This document shows positions 9,165 to 19,570 of a DNA stretch of 64,000 nt, in pieces. Position 1 is the stretch's first letter, and each line of letters starts with the position of its first letter. Both the position numbers and the translations under genes were made by a program. The stretch covers positions 118,942 to 182,941 of the forward strand of contig CAYUKU010000001.1 in the NCBI GenBank assembly GCA_964445435.1, written 5' to 3'. This stretch comes from an uncultured Gammaproteobacteria bacterium (GTDB lineage: Bacteria; Patescibacteriota; Microgenomatia; UBA10105; UBA927). The notes beneath the pieces are model-generated. The model searched no databases. It was given only the letters and a program-made list of their open reading frames with translations, and was not told the origin of the DNA.

Positions 9165-10197
9165 GGTTATAGATAGGCGCGATGATTGCCATCATCATGC
9201 CTCCGACAACAACACCGACCATTACCAGGATGATGGGCTCAAGAAGCGTCATAAGATACTGCAGGGTCGTGGAAACCTGATAGTCGAAGTACTCCGCAAG
9301 GTCTGACATCGATTTATCCAATGATCCGCTTCGCTCGCCGACCTCGATAATTTTCACCATAAGAGATGGAATGGCCCTTTGCCCCCGCAGACCGTCTGCC
9401 AGGCGCTTGCCGCTTGCGACGTACTCGCGGGCCCGGATAATTGCCTCCCGAACCTCCCCTTTTACGGCAACGGCCTGTGTTAATTCAAGGGCGCTATACA
9501 GAGGAATCGCTGAAGCAAGAAGAAGATACATGCTTCGGGAGAATCTCGTCAAATCAATTTGCCGGGCAATCGAAGACACGTATGGAAGATTGAGCATAAC
9601 GTTCACGAACAGTTTCCGCTGCTTTCTGTAAAGCAAAATTAGGATACCAATGACAAGGAAAGAAACCACGAGTGTTGGAATTGTATAGTGAAGAATGAGA
9701 TTTGAAACGGCAATCAAAATACGTGTCGGAAGCGGAAGCGTCACTTTCAGCCGCAAAAAAACATCGGCAATCTTGGGAATCACGAACGTCAACAACAGCG
9801 CCAACACCCCAAGAAACACAACGACGATAACGGCGGGGTATGTAAGCGCGGATCGGATTTTATCGCTGAATTCGATATCTTTTTTTATGGTGTTTTTTAC
9901 GTCCTTAAGAACGACGTCTATCGTTCCGGATTCTTCGCTTGCCTTGATAATCGCCACGGTAACTGAGTCAAAGACTCTCGGAAATTTGGAAAGCGCGCTA
10001 TGAAGCGGCTTTCCTTGATTGATATCTTCGGCAATGCCCTTAAGAACTATGCGCATATTGCCGGTTGAATCCTCGAGCATCGACTCAACTGCTTCAGCAA
10101 GCGTTAAGCCCCGTTCACCATCGTTGACAGATTGGACAACAGTCCGAGCTTTTCTGAATTTGGAAGCCAGATTGACGCGGATTTCATATGGATTCAA
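9139..10197 (-). CDS. pilC: Type IV pilus / T2SS inner-membrane platform protein (PilC/GspF family)
   Basis: 352 aa, two T2SSF-type cytoplasmic domains separated by TM helices, C-terminal LIGQVG-like motif; overlaps pilB stop by 14 bp. Confidence 0.8.
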   Translation of the reverse strand: MNPYEIRVNLASKFRKARTVVQSVNDGERGLTLAEAVESMLEDSTGNMRIVLKGIAEDINQGKPLHSALSKFPRVFDSVTVAIIKASEESGTIDVVLKDVKNTIKKDIEFSDKIRSALTYPAVIVVVFLGVLALLLTFVIPKIADVFLRLKVTLPLPTRILIAVSNLILHYTIPTLVVSFLVIGILILLYRKQRKLFVNVMLNLPYVSSIARQIDLTRFSRSMYLLLASAIPLYSALELTQAVAVKGEVREAIIRAREYVASGKRLADGLRGQRAIPSLMVKIIEVGERSGSLDKSMSDLAEYFDYQVSTTLQYLMTLLEPIILVMVGVVVGGMMMAIIAPIYNLIGQVGEF

Positions 10198-11899
10198 CCT
10201 TTGTGACTCTCAAAATCTCCTCGATAGTCGTAATTCCTTTGGAAACTTTCTGAAGTCCGTCATCAAGCATGGTCATCATGCCTTCTTCTATAGCCTTTTG
10301 AGCGATCATATCGCTATCCTTTCGTTCCGTAATGAGCTTGCGGATTTCTTTGGACACTTCCAAAATTTCAAAAATTCCGACCCTTCCTGCATACCCCGTG
10401 AAATGGCAGTTTTTACATCCCTGCCCCTTATACACCCTGATTTCCTTATTGGCGCCCGAAGGAATGTAGTGTTTCGCAATGACTGCAGCAGGCAAACTTT
10501 TTTGCAGTTCTGCCTCCGTGATCGTTGTTGACACACGGCAGTAGTCGCAAATTTTCCGCACCAAACGTTGAGCGATGATAAGATTCACGCTTGAGGCCAC
10601 CAAAAACGGTTCGATATGCATGTCGGTTAGTCTGGGAAGCGAGGTGGCAGCATCGTTCGTGTGCAGCGTGGAAACGACCAGATGTCCTGTTAGTGCTGCG
10701 TTGATCGCAATTCCGGCGGTTTCCGAATCCCGAATTTCTCCTACAAAAATGATATTGGGATCCTGTCTCAAAATTGACCGCAATCCGCTTGCAAATGTGA
10801 GGTTCGTTTTCGGGTTCACCTGAATTTGATTGACTCCCTTCACACGGTACTCTACGGGATCTTCGATGGTTGTAATGTTTTTCTCCCGCACGTTAAGCGT
10901 TTTAAGCATCGCGTAAATAGATGTCGTTTTTCCGCTCCCCGTCGGACCGGTCGAAAGAATCATCCCATAGGATCTGTGAAGCGCCGCAGTCACCTTCGCC
11001 ACAGCATCTTCCTCCATGCCCAAATCTGCGAAGCTAAACACGCGGAAATGGGAAACCAATAACCGCATCACCACTTTTTCTCCTTCTACCATTGGGATTA
11101 TGGAAATGCGGATGTCCACCGATTCGTCTTCATATCTGATACGCATCTTTCCGTCCTGCGGAGCCAAGTGTTCATCGGTACGAAGATTGGCCAATACCTT
11201 AATGCGGCTGACCACCTGACTATGGAGCACCTTTGAGAAATGCAGCACGTCATGAAGGATGCCGTCGATTCGGTAGCGAACGAGTGAATCCGTTTCTCCT
11301 GGCTCGATGTGAATATCTGAGGCAGTTTCGTCAACCGCGCTATGCAAAAGCAGATCTACAATTGCCGATACCGGTGCCTCATCTTCCCGTTTATATTTCT
11401 TCAGAAGTTCGTCGAATAACGTCTGCACGTCGCGTTTATGAAGCTGCAAGGCGTTACGAATGTCGCGCTCTGTGGCGTAATACACTGCAACACGCTGCTG
11501 GGTCTTTTTCTCCATCGCGGCAACAACCTGCTTATCACTGGGATCAGCCATTGCTACCTTCACGCCTTCGGCGTCGCGGGCAAATGGAACAATCTTGTGG
11601 ATACGGGCAAACTTATCGGGAACGAGACGGTAAACCGCGTCCGAAATGCTTATATCGGCAAGGTTGACAAAGGGCACGCCCAAAGAAGATGCGATAAGTT
11701 TTCCTAAATTTCCGTCGGTGATTATGTTCTTTTGAAGAAGAGCCTCTGAAAGAGGTATCCCTGCTGACTTGGCGTATTCAACGCCCGCCTGAAGCTCAGC
11801 TTCGGTAAGCACCCGGCCGTCTGTTATGATCTGTTTCAATTCGTCATCGCTCATCCCCATAGGCAGTAAGCGCAACCACACTTGCGCTTCTTCTATCAT
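10184..11899 (-). CDS. pilB: Type IV pilus assembly ATPase (PilB/GspE family)
   Basis: N-terminal GSPII_E_N-like region, Walker A LSTGPTGSGKTT, Asp/His boxes, tetracysteine motif CDYC...CKNC typical of GspE/PilB; ORF track start 11995 includes implausible leader, MIEEAQ Met at 11899 preferred. Confidence 0.88.
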   Translation of the reverse strand: MIEEAQVWLRLLPMGMSDDELKQIITDGRVLTEAELQAGVEYAKSAGIPLSEALLQKNIITDGNLGKLIASSLGVPFVNLADISISDAVYRLVPDKFARIHKIVPFARDAEGVKVAMADPSDKQVVAAMEKKTQQRVAVYYATERDIRNALQLHKRDVQTLFDELLKKYKREDEAPVSAIVDLLLHSAVDETASDIHIEPGETDSLVRYRIDGILHDVLHFSKVLHSQVVSRIKVLANLRTDEHLAPQDGKMRIRYEDESVDIRISIIPMVEGEKVVMRLLVSHFRVFSFADLGMEEDAVAKVTAALHRSYGMILSTGPTGSGKTTSIYAMLKTLNVREKNITTIEDPVEYRVKGVNQIQVNPKTNLTFASGLRSILRQDPNIIFVGEIRDSETAGIAINAALTGHLVVSTLHTNDAATSLPRLTDMHIEPFLVASSVNLIIAQRLVRKICDYCRVSTTITEAELQKSLPAAVIAKHYIPSGANKEIRVYKGQGCKNCHFTGYAGRVGIFEILEVSKEIRKLITERKDSDMIAQKAIEEGMMTMLDDGLQKVSKGITTIEEILRVTKVESI

Positions 11900-11975
11900 A
11901 AGGGAAATCACACAACTGAAACAATACGATTGACAAGTTTCACCCGGTTTCTTTATGCTAGAAGAAGGAGGAAGT

Positions 11976-12119
11976 ATGAAAAAATCTGCCCGCAAACATC
12001 ATCACGCAAAAAAAGCGAAACACCCGAGTGAAAGCGTGATTATTCAGTTTGGAGTCGCATTTATCGTGGTTGCCGGATTTGCGCTCCTCATGTATACGGT
12101 GAAGTATTTCCTCCCGTAA
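11976..12119 (+). CDS. Small (47 aa) tail-anchored membrane protein, hypothetical
   Basis: Strong SD (GAAGGAGGAAGT) 5 nt upstream of ATG; basic His/Lys-rich N-terminus then single TM helix (VIIQFGVAFIVVAGFALLMY); below ORF-track size cut-off; sits in gap between pilB and rpoD. Confidence 0.35.
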   Translation: MKKSARKHHHAKKAKHPSESVIIQFGVAFIVVAGFALLMYTVKYFLP

Positions 12120-12129
12120 CGACCACAAT

Positions 12130-13254
12130 CTATTCAAGATAGTCTTTCAGCTTCTTACTGCGCGAGGGGTGGCGCAATTTCCGAAGTGCTTTGGCCTCTA
12201 TCTGGCGTATACGCTCGCGGGTAACCCCAAACTGGGCTCCGACTTCTTCGAGCGTCCGCGGCCGGCCGTCCTCCAGGCCAAAACGAAGGATAAGTACCTT
12301 TTTCTCCCGATCGGATAGTGTTGTGAGCACTTCTTCCATGTGTTCTTTCAGAAGTTGACGGCTCGTCTGCTCATATGGTGTGGGGCCGGGGTCGGAAATG
12401 AAGTCTCCCAAGTGACTATCTTCTTCATCCCCAACCGGCGTCTCCAAGCTCGTTGGCTCCTGGGAGACCTTCATGATCTCACGCACTTTCGTCACATCAA
12501 CCTCCATGACCCTGGCTATCTCTTCAGGCGTCGGTTCGCGGCCTAAATCCTGCATGAGACGTCGCGAGGCTCGAACAAACCGGTTAATGGTTTCCACCAT
12601 GTGAACCGGGATACGGATGGTACGCGCCTGATCGGCAATGGCCCGGGTAATAGCCTGACGGATCCACCACGTGGCGTAGGTGCTGAACTTAAATCCCTTG
12701 CGCCAATCGTATTTTTCAACAGCTCTGATAAGTCCCTGATTCCCTTCCTGAATAAGATCCAAAAGGCTCATACCCCGGCCGATATACTTTTTCGCGATGG
12801 AGACCACAAGACGCAGATTGCTTTCGATGAGTTTCTTTTTTGCCTTCCGGTCGCCTTTTTCATAGCGCTTGGCAAGATACATCTCATCGGCGAATGTCAG
12901 AAGAGGAATTCGCCCAATTTCTTTGAGGTACATGCGCACCGGATCAGATACGCCTTCGCTACTAGCTTTGGCGAGCGCTTCAATCTCCCTTTCGAGATCC
13001 TGGATGCTTTTGCTTCCTTCGCGCTCCGTATCCTGGGACGTGGTTTCAAAAACGTCAATACCCGCTCGGATAAGCTTGTCGCACAACCCGTCAAGCTCCT
13101 TGATGTGGTCTTCCGGCTTAGGGAATAAAAAAAGGATATCTTCCTGGGTGACGAAGCCGTTTTCTTTTCCTTCTCTAACTAGGTCAGCAACTGATGCGGG
13201 AGTACGAGTTTTTGCCATAATGGTACCGAAAGTCTTTGCAGGAAATCCTATCAC
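12130..13254 (-). CDS. rpoD: RNA polymerase primary sigma factor (sigma-70 family)
   Basis: Regions 2-4 conserved: [54 protein letters not shown]; C-terminal region 4 HTH; downstream of dnaG in the classic arrangement. Confidence 0.9.
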   Translation of the reverse strand: MIGFPAKTFGTIMAKTRTPASVADLVREGKENGFVTQEDILFLFPKPEDHIKELDGLCDKLIRAGIDVFETTSQDTEREGSKSIQDLEREIEALAKASSEGVSDPVRMYLKEIGRIPLLTFADEMYLAKRYEKGDRKAKKKLIESNLRLVVSIAKKYIGRGMSLLDLIQEGNQGLIRAVEKYDWRKGFKFSTYATWWIRQAITRAIADQARTIRIPVHMVETINRFVRASRRLMQDLGREPTPEEIARVMEVDVTKVREIMKVSQEPTSLETPVGDEEDSHLGDFISDPGPTPYEQTSRQLLKEHMEEVLTTLSDREKKVLILRFGLEDGRPRTLEEVGAQFGVTRERIRQIEAKALRKLRHPSRSKKLKDYLE

Positions 13255-13319
13255 AAAAGCCTACACTTCGGTGACGGATCCAACAAACGACTTCGCTTGA
13301 TACGGGTAGTATACCAGGT

Positions 13320-15128
13320 TTAGCCTGATTTTTCCAGGCTTTTAAGACTCGCTGACAATGTCTGGAGTTGTTTTTGTATGAGCGATGCTTTCGATTGAGT
13401 GGATTCTTCTTGCGCTGTGCGGGTAAGATCATAAATTTTCCTGCGGATAACCACCTTCTTAAATTCACGCAGTGCATTTACCCACTCGCGGGCGAAACGC
13501 TCTTCATCAGCGAGAAGGTCCTCAATATCCCACAAAAACGCCTCATCGAGCGTTGTGAGAAGCTCCGGAGCGAGACTATCAGCAAAATCCTTTATAAGGA
13601 ATATCTTCTTTGCCGGCGGCGAATCTTCAGGCGGAGTCAAAAATCGTGCGAGCTGATCGATAATCTTGTGAACTACCGGATGAACGAACTCCGGAAGGAG
13701 ATTGGCTTCCTGCAGTTCTTCAAATAAATCGACGGTCTTCCCTTGCAATAAAAGGGCAAGAATGTATATTTCCAGCTTTTCCGGCCGGGTAAACGCACTT
13801 ACCTCAGTCTCCTTCACGTCCCTCGGGCGATCCTGTCCGCGCGCCACTCGTCTCATGCTCTCGGCGACGATATCCTCTGATGACCCGATCGTTTGCGCTA
13901 ACTTCTTCACGTAGTGATGTTGGACTATGGGGTTTTCAATCCGGGCAAGAACCGGCAGGAGCTCTTCACTAATTTTCTTCTTACCATAGGCAGAAGCCGG
14001 ATCAAACCGTCCGACCGCCGAGTCAAGGAAATAATCGTACACAGGAGCTGCGTCTTTGATCGCTTTTTTCAGAAGCGGCGCATTCTCTCTGGCCGCCTCG
14101 TCAGGATCTTTCCCCGAAGGAAGTGCAACGACGCGCATGTCAAATCCTTCCCGATCAGCAATCTCAATGCCGCGTCGCGCGGCAGCGTCTCCGGCCATAT
14201 CACTGTCCAGCGCAAACACGAGCCGATCGGTAAACCGCTTCAGTAGCCGCACATGTCCCTCAGTTAACGCGGTTCCTTTGATAGCAACTGCATTTCCGAT
14301 TCCTGCCTGGAAGGATGAAATAACGTCAAGCTCTCCCTCCATAAGGATCGCCGATCCTTCTTTCACGATTGCGTTTTTCGTCACCTCTAGTCCGTACAGC
14401 ACGTTACTCTTCACATACACGGGCGTCTCTGACGTATTGATGTATTTGGCTTCCTTTGCGGTCGGATCAAGCACGCGTCCGGCAAACCCAACGACGTTCC
14501 CCCGATGATCCTTGAGCGTAAACATAATTCTGCCTCGGAACCGATCGTAATACCGCGCCGTCCCCGAACTCGATCTTTGACTTCGAATAACGAGACCTGC
14601 CTTTTCCATAAGCTCATCGTCAAACCCTTTTTTGCGCAAAAACCGGTATAACCCCTCCCAACTGTTCGGGCTGTACCCGAGTAAGAATGTGGCAATCGAT
14701 TTATCCGATATGCCTCTTCCTTTCAGATAGAGAAGCCCTTTTTCCCCAAGCGCGTGTTTCGTGAGGATATAATGATAAAACTCGCTCGCCAGATGATTCA
14801 CTGCATATAATTTTTCCTTCAGCCCTGCCTCTTTCGACCCCTCAAACCGCTTAGTCAGGGTGACGCCCGCCTCTGCTGCCAAATCTTCAAGTGCTTCCGC
14901 GAAATCCACATGGTGGTACTCCATGACGAAATCAAATATCGTTCCTCCCTTACCGCAGCCGAAACAGTGGAAAATCTGGCGATCTGGAGACACGACAAAT
15001 GAAGGACTTTTTTCGGAATGAAACGGACACAATCCCTTGAAGTTCCGACCTGCCTTTTTCAGTTTTACACGCTTGCCGACAATGTCGACGATGTTCAGCC
15101 GGGATTTGATTTCCTCTATGTCATTCAT
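13320..15128 (-). CDS. dnaG: DNA primase
   Basis: CHC2 zinc finger CPFHSEKSPSF...FHCFGCGKGG, TOPRIM region (EGELDVIS, LDSDMAGD); ORF-track start 15170 likely too early, MNDIEEIKSRL at 15128 preferred. Confidence 0.9.
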   Translation of the reverse strand: MNDIEEIKSRLNIVDIVGKRVKLKKAGRNFKGLCPFHSEKSPSFVVSPDRQIFHCFGCGKGGTIFDFVMEYHHVDFAEALEDLAAEAGVTLTKRFEGSKEAGLKEKLYAVNHLASEFYHYILTKHALGEKGLLYLKGRGISDKSIATFLLGYSPNSWEGLYRFLRKKGFDDELMEKAGLVIRSQRSSSGTARYYDRFRGRIMFTLKDHRGNVVGFAGRVLDPTAKEAKYINTSETPVYVKSNVLYGLEVTKNAIVKEGSAILMEGELDVISSFQAGIGNAVAIKGTALTEGHVRLLKRFTDRLVFALDSDMAGDAAARRGIEIADREGFDMRVVALPSGKDPDEAARENAPLLKKAIKDAAPVYDYFLDSAVGRFDPASAYGKKKISEELLPVLARIENPIVQHHYVKKLAQTIGSSEDIVAESMRRVARGQDRPRDVKETEVSAFTRPEKLEIYILALLLQGKTVDLFEELQEANLLPEFVHPVVHKIIDQLARFLTPPEDSPPAKKIFLIKDFADSLAPELLTTLDEAFLWDIEDLLADEERFAREWVNALREFKKVVIRRKIYDLTRTAQEESTQSKASLIQKQLQTLSASLKSLEKSG

Positions 15129-15170
15129 GGCAGGCGAAGGATAGCATGAAACACAGCGAAGGTCTAACAA

Positions 15171-15791
15171 TTAGCGGATACGGGCAACCACCCGCACGGG
15201 TGCTGCGTCTGCGCGAAGCTTCATGGGAAATGCAAGAATTTCGAAATCGTCCGCCCCGACAAGCGATTCAAGATTCGTCATATTTTCGATAATACAAACG
15301 TCATGAGACAAAAGAATCTTATGGATGGGGTACGACTCCTCGGTATCGGGATTGAGAATGTCCATGCCAAGTATATGAGCACCTGCAGATACGACACCTT
15401 TCGCGAAGGCTTCGGTAATGCGCGGATACGTCTTAGTATACGTATCACTCCCATACACATCCGCCATACCGGTGAGAAGAAGGACAACGGCTCCCTTCGG
15501 CATAACGACGCCAGAAAGGACATCGGCCTCTATGACATTCTTCCCTCGCACGTCCAAAAGAACGCCCTGGCCGGCAAACCGTTCGACGGGCATCTCGGAC
15601 ATGTATTTCCCGCCCTCAATCATGTGAAGCGGCGCATCCATATGCGTGCCGACGTGCATGACCGTTGTCAGCTTATGATCGGTATACCCTTCTTTTGCAA
15701 CCGACGTTACCTGGGTGAGGCTCGTCTCAGGATCGCCGGGAAACACCGGCATCTTGTCAATAAATGTATGAGTCAGATCAACGTATTTCAT
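15171..15791 (-). CDS. Putative cyclase family protein (kynurenine formamidase-like)
   Basis: HVGTHMDAPLH metal-binding motif characteristic of PF04199 cyclase/arylformamidase family. Confidence 0.7.
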   Translation of the reverse strand: MKYVDLTHTFIDKMPVFPGDPETSLTQVTSVAKEGYTDHKLTTVMHVGTHMDAPLHMIEGGKYMSEMPVERFAGQGVLLDVRGKNVIEADVLSGVVMPKGAVVLLLTGMADVYGSDTYTKTYPRITEAFAKGVVSAGAHILGMDILNPDTEESYPIHKILLSHDVCIIENMTNLESLVGADDFEILAFPMKLRADAAPVRVVARIR

Positions 15792-15792
15792 G

Positions 15793-16263
15793 TCAGTCGA
15801 TTATGGGCAGCGGAAATTTCACTTTCCGGTACTTCAGATAGTATTGGATTGTTTCCCCGTGATCAAATGCAAACTCGGAAAACGGGAGGAGATCGGCTAT
15901 ATCGATCCACTCAATGTTCGAATTCTCCCCGTCCGGAACTCCCGTCATTCGGATAGGACGCACGAGAAAATCAAGCGACACATTCTGGCGGTCTTCATGG
16001 GGTCTTGTGGGCTGAGTGTTCACGCGGAAAAGCGTAAGAATTTCTCCGTCCCATCCCGTTTCTTCTTTAAGCTCCCGTAGCGCCCCTTGGCCGGCCGTTT
16101 CGTCGCGATCAAGAAAACCGCTGGGGAGACTCCATTTGCCGGTCTCTAAAATGTCGCCTGCACGCTTCACCAGAAGAATCTGGCCGTCCTTCTCAACGAC
16201 CATATGGACGACCACATGACGAAGGCGAGCCTGATTTCCGTTCTCAAACGTACAGGTAATCAT
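15793..16263 (-). CDS. NUDIX hydrolase
   Basis: Nudix box GGFLDRDETAGQGALRELKEETG (G-x5-E-x7-REUxEExGU). Confidence 0.8.
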   Translation of the reverse strand: MITCTFENGNQARLRHVVVHMVVEKDGQILLVKRAGDILETGKWSLPSGFLDRDETAGQGALRELKEETGWDGEILTLFRVNTQPTRPHEDRQNVSLDFLVRPIRMTGVPDGENSNIEWIDIADLLPFSEFAFDHGETIQYYLKYRKVKFPLPIID

Positions 16264-17108
16264 GCTTTCTTTTTGGAATCGATGTATTTCTTCGCGACCT
16301 TCACTGCTATGCTTCCGCCGGGGATCAGGAGTCCCGCTGCGTCCGCTCCGACATCAAATAAGAAATTCGGGTCAAGCACGTTGCCAATATACTCCGAAAA
16401 CACACGCGAACCTGTCGACACTTCACCGGTTAATCCGTCCACCTCGACAATAGCGTCTTTCCCTTTTGGTACCCATGTGTATTGGAATGCGTACACGGGG
16501 TGATAGTACAAATCGACGCAAGTAACTTCGACATGCTCTTCTAAAATTGTATCCGCCTGAATACCTTTTATCATTTTTGATAGCGAATCACGCATAAGAG
16601 CCGACACGCGCGATTGCGGAGGAACCACGATAGACTTTGGCGGCACCTCTTTCTCTATGGCCCGCTTTACGATTTTTGGAGAATGGGAAAGGTACGTGTG
16701 AAGCAATGGGTTTGCCTTACCATTCACGCCATCCACAAAGACTTCCTCCGATTCCTCCTGCTTACAGTGCTCGGTAACGGGAATATGGAAGTGACCGTTG
16801 GTGACCTCGAATCGTGTACCGTTATGGGTCACCGCCCCAACCTCAGCGCCGCTTGCGGGGACCTGATACTGGGCGTTTCTTTCGTACACATACCGCGCGT
16901 TGACAGCAACATGCCAAAACGGCTGATACCTGTGTTCGCTATATTTAAGACGGAAGTCTTCATCTTTCGGACGGGAAAGAAAACTCGTAATATGAGTTAG
17001 CGCTCCGAATGCGGTAATTTTCTTCTCCCACGAAATTTTTTTTGCTTGCTCGAACGACAACGCATCGGGGATAAATAACATTCGCTGTGGAGCCACCCGT
17101 ATTTCCAT
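16260..17108 (-). CDS. Hypothetical protein (282 aa), no family recognised
   Basis: Long ORF overlapping NUDIX start by 4 bp; contains HFHIP motif; no confident assignment. Confidence 0.5.
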   Translation of the reverse strand: MEIRVAPQRMLFIPDALSFEQAKKISWEKKITAFGALTHITSFLSRPKDEDFRLKYSEHRYQPFWHVAVNARYVYERNAQYQVPASGAEVGAVTHNGTRFEVTNGHFHIPVTEHCKQEESEEVFVDGVNGKANPLLHTYLSHSPKIVKRAIEKEVPPKSIVVPPQSRVSALMRDSLSKMIKGIQADTILEEHVEVTCVDLYYHPVYAFQYTWVPKGKDAIVEVDGLTGEVSTGSRVFSEYIGNVLDPNFLFDVGADAAGLLIPGGSIAVKVAKKYIDSKKKA

Positions 17109-17135
17109 TGTCTGTATTATACAGGAGTCGTTCGC

Positions 17136-17414
17136 TTACGACCGATCGATATACGCCTCCCATAAAGCTCGAAAAAGCGGGAGCGTCAGTGTCGAGAGGA
17201 AAAATCCGATCGCAGGAACTATCGCATTCACCCACGGACGGTCAACGGAAATAGCCCGAAGATATATCGCAATCGCAAGGTAGGTGAAAACCGTAAGAAG
17301 AATTTTCCTCGTAGCACTGGTCTCCCACCGCTTGTCTCGTTCTACTTTTGCGTTTCGACTTTTTATTGCGCGCACTTCTTGTTCAAGCTGAGCCAACGTC
17401 ATCATGGTACGCAC
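17136..17414 (-). CDS. Small two-TM membrane protein, hypothetical
   Basis: 92 aa, coiled N-terminus then two hydrophobic helices. Confidence 0.4.
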   Translation of the reverse strand: MRTMMTLAQLEQEVRAIKSRNAKVERDKRWETSATRKILLTVFTYLAIAIYLRAISVDRPWVNAIVPAIGFFLSTLTLPLFRALWEAYIDRS

Positions 17415-17437
17415 ATCTTATCACACGGGCTTTCTTG

Positions 17438-17695
17438 TTATGACAATCCCAACATGTAGGAGAGCTGCGGCGGGTTAAAGCCGATGATAAACTCCGGATT
17501 TCTATCCGCATACTGAATCTCTGTCACCGGCACGCCCATCTGGCCCGTCTTTCGAACCATGTGGATGGCGGCTTCCTCGTTTCGGTCAACGAGTATTTTT
17601 TCAAACGCCACTTTCTTATCGGTCAGCCACTGGGCAATCATCGTACAGTATGGGCACGTGGTCGTTGCATACACGATTACCTTCGAATAATTCAT
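17438..17695 (-). CDS. Glutaredoxin-like / NrdH-type redoxin
   Basis: 85 aa, CPYC active-site motif (TTCPYCTM) near N-terminus, thioredoxin-fold length. Confidence 0.7.
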   Translation of the reverse strand: MNYSKVIVYATTTCPYCTMIAQWLTDKKVAFEKILVDRNEEAAIHMVRKTGQMGVPVTEIQYADRNPEFIIGFNPPQLSYMLGLS

Positions 17696-17958
17696 AGAAC
17701 CTCCTTCTCAAGGGTATGTAAAAGCCGACTAATTTCTGCTGCTTTCTGGGACCGGAGCGAATAATGCACCTCCAAACCGACTTTCTGGGTTTTTACGATT
17801 CTTGCCTTTTTCAGTTTCGACAAGTGCTGGGATACCGCCGACTGCGACAATCCGCAGGTTTGAATAAGCTCCGTGACGTTTTTGGATTTACGGGACAGGC
17901 ACAAAATAAGTTTTGCCCGCACTTTATTTCCAAAAGCACCGTACAAATCTATCGTCAT
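17692..17958 (-). CDS. ArsR/SmtB family transcriptional regulator
   Basis: Winged HTH LILCLSRKSKNVTELIQTCGLSQSAVSQHLSKLKKARIV; overlaps downstream glutaredoxin gene by 4 bp (operon). Confidence 0.75.
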   Translation of the reverse strand: MTIDLYGAFGNKVRAKLILCLSRKSKNVTELIQTCGLSQSAVSQHLSKLKKARIVKTQKVGLEVHYSLRSQKAAEISRLLHTLEKEVL

Positions 17959-18007
17959 GGATATATATTAGCATATGCTAATATAATGTCAAGGGGAGCG
18001 TGCTTCC

Positions 18008-19570
18008 TCACGGCGCATATCGGTACATGCGATAGGTGTGACCGTTTTGTCCGTAAAGCGGCGGCAACTGTGATAGAAAACGATTGCCAAGTTGCTGGGA
18101 AAACTGGGAAACAAACGGATCAATGCATTTAACCCTATATGACATTTCGTTCTCCCACTGACTCCCCAGATTGTTGATGCACGTCAAATAGATTACTGCG
18201 TCTGGTTCTATGGGTGGCAACGAAAAACTATTGGCCCCCTCCTCTATCGCTACGATCTTCGTTTTGCGTATATCCTCAAGGAATAACCACTGCGGTGATG
18301 CATTTCCGATATACCGCCACGAGTCAGGGCGATCACTTAAATAATTTGCGTAAAATTTCGTGGGAGCATCCTCAAGCGCACGCACGGTTACCTGATAATG
18401 ATCTTTATAATTGCCGCCTGCTGGTCCGAAATACCTCATATTACCCGCTCCTAACAATATTCCTGTCACGCCGACGAAACCCAGAAGAATCGCTCTATTC
18501 CGAACGAACACAGCACTGTAATAACTAAGAATAAAAAGAAAAACGACAGACGCAACCTTGAGATAGTGCGCGGGCAACGGCGCTCCCCCCTCCTGCCGAT
18601 AGACGCCATACATCAAAATGACGGCAAACAAAGCGAGCATGTCTGGAGTCCATTTCTTCCCGGTGCGGGTGCGAAACGCCAGAAGAAAGAGCGCAATGAC
18701 GACACCAAGATATACCCAAGAAACGCTGCCGGGAAACTGCGGGATCAGTGTATACACGCTTTGCCATGCACGAAGGGGAAACGTGAGAAAGGAAAACGTG
18801 CCCCCCTGCACCGCTACAAGATCAAAATACCGCCGAACTACATGTATATCATTCTTCGTAACAAGCGCCCAAAGGAATACATGCACCGAGATGATTGTGA
18901 AAAAAATAATTGCTCTTCTGGGGCTCCGGATATAGCGCCATGCAACCCACACCAAACCTACGACGAAAAACGGTAAGAAAGACTGGTGAATGTGCACACC
19001 GAAAAATAACGACGTGACAAACGCGATCATCGACCAGTGACTGCTCTTCAGCGCAAAAAGCGCCATAAAAAACAAAGAGATGAGGGTATTAACTGGCATA
19101 AAACACGTCTGACAAATGCCATGCGCGTCCCGGATCAACAACGAACTGATGCCTATGAAAAACGAAAATATCAATCCCGTTCGTATCCCTCCCATCAGTA
19201 ATCCTGCGCCATACGCAAGTCCTATGGCGGCTGCATTGGTCAAAGCAAAAAACATGCCCATACCAAGTGCGGATCGGGAAACAAGCCACATTCCTGCCAA
19301 AATCCAGTAAAACACCGGCGAATTGTTTATCAAACCTCCTGCGCCGAACGCGTACGGAGCCGTCCGGAATCCTTCATCGAATTCAACAATATGCTTCGCC
19401 ACCAAAATGTCCCGGGCGTGATCCCCGTCTATTTCCATGAAATCAGAAAACCGATACACCCGAAGAAACAAACCGACCAAAAGAATAACGACTAACCACA
19501 CACGAGACGCGCGTCTTGCGGTTGGCATGAAGGAATCCGGCTTCAACACATTATTACTGACAGACATGTT
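18008..19570 (-). CDS. GT39/ArnT-like membrane glycosyltransferase (dolichyl/undecaprenyl-phosphate sugar dependent family)
   Basis: Polytopic (more than 10 TM) with N-terminal RVYRF...DGDHARD...AGGLINNSP region resembling GT-C PMT/ArnT family; ORF track start 19666 would overlap upstream gene by 112 bp, so an internal Met (about 19570 or 19528) is likelier. Confidence 0.6.
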   Translation of the reverse strand, partial: NMSVSNNVLKPDSFMPTARRASRVWLVVILLVGLFLRVYRFSDFMEIDGDHARDILVAKHIVEFDEGFRTAPYAFGAGGLINNSPVFYWILAGMWLVSRSALGMGMFFALTNAAAIGLAYGAGLLMGGIRTGLIFSFFIGISSLLIRDAHGICQTCFMPVNTLISLFFMALFALKSSHWSMIAFVTSLFFGVHIHQSFLPFFVVGLVWVAWRYIRSPRRAIIFFTIISVHVFLWALVTKNDIHVVRRYFDLVAVQGGTFSFLTFPLRAWQSVYTLIPQFPGSVSWVYLGVVIALFLLAFRTRTGKKWTPDMLALFAVILMYGVYRQEGGAPLPAHYLKVASVVFLFILSYYSAVFVRNRAILLGFVGVTGILLGAGNMRYFGPAGGNYKDHYQVTVRALEDAPTKFYANYLSDRPDSWRYIGNASPQWLFLEDIRKTKIVAIEEGANSFSLPPIEPDAVIYLTCINNLGSQWENEMSYRVKCIDPFVSQFSQQLGNRFLSQLPPLYGQNGHTYRMYRYAP

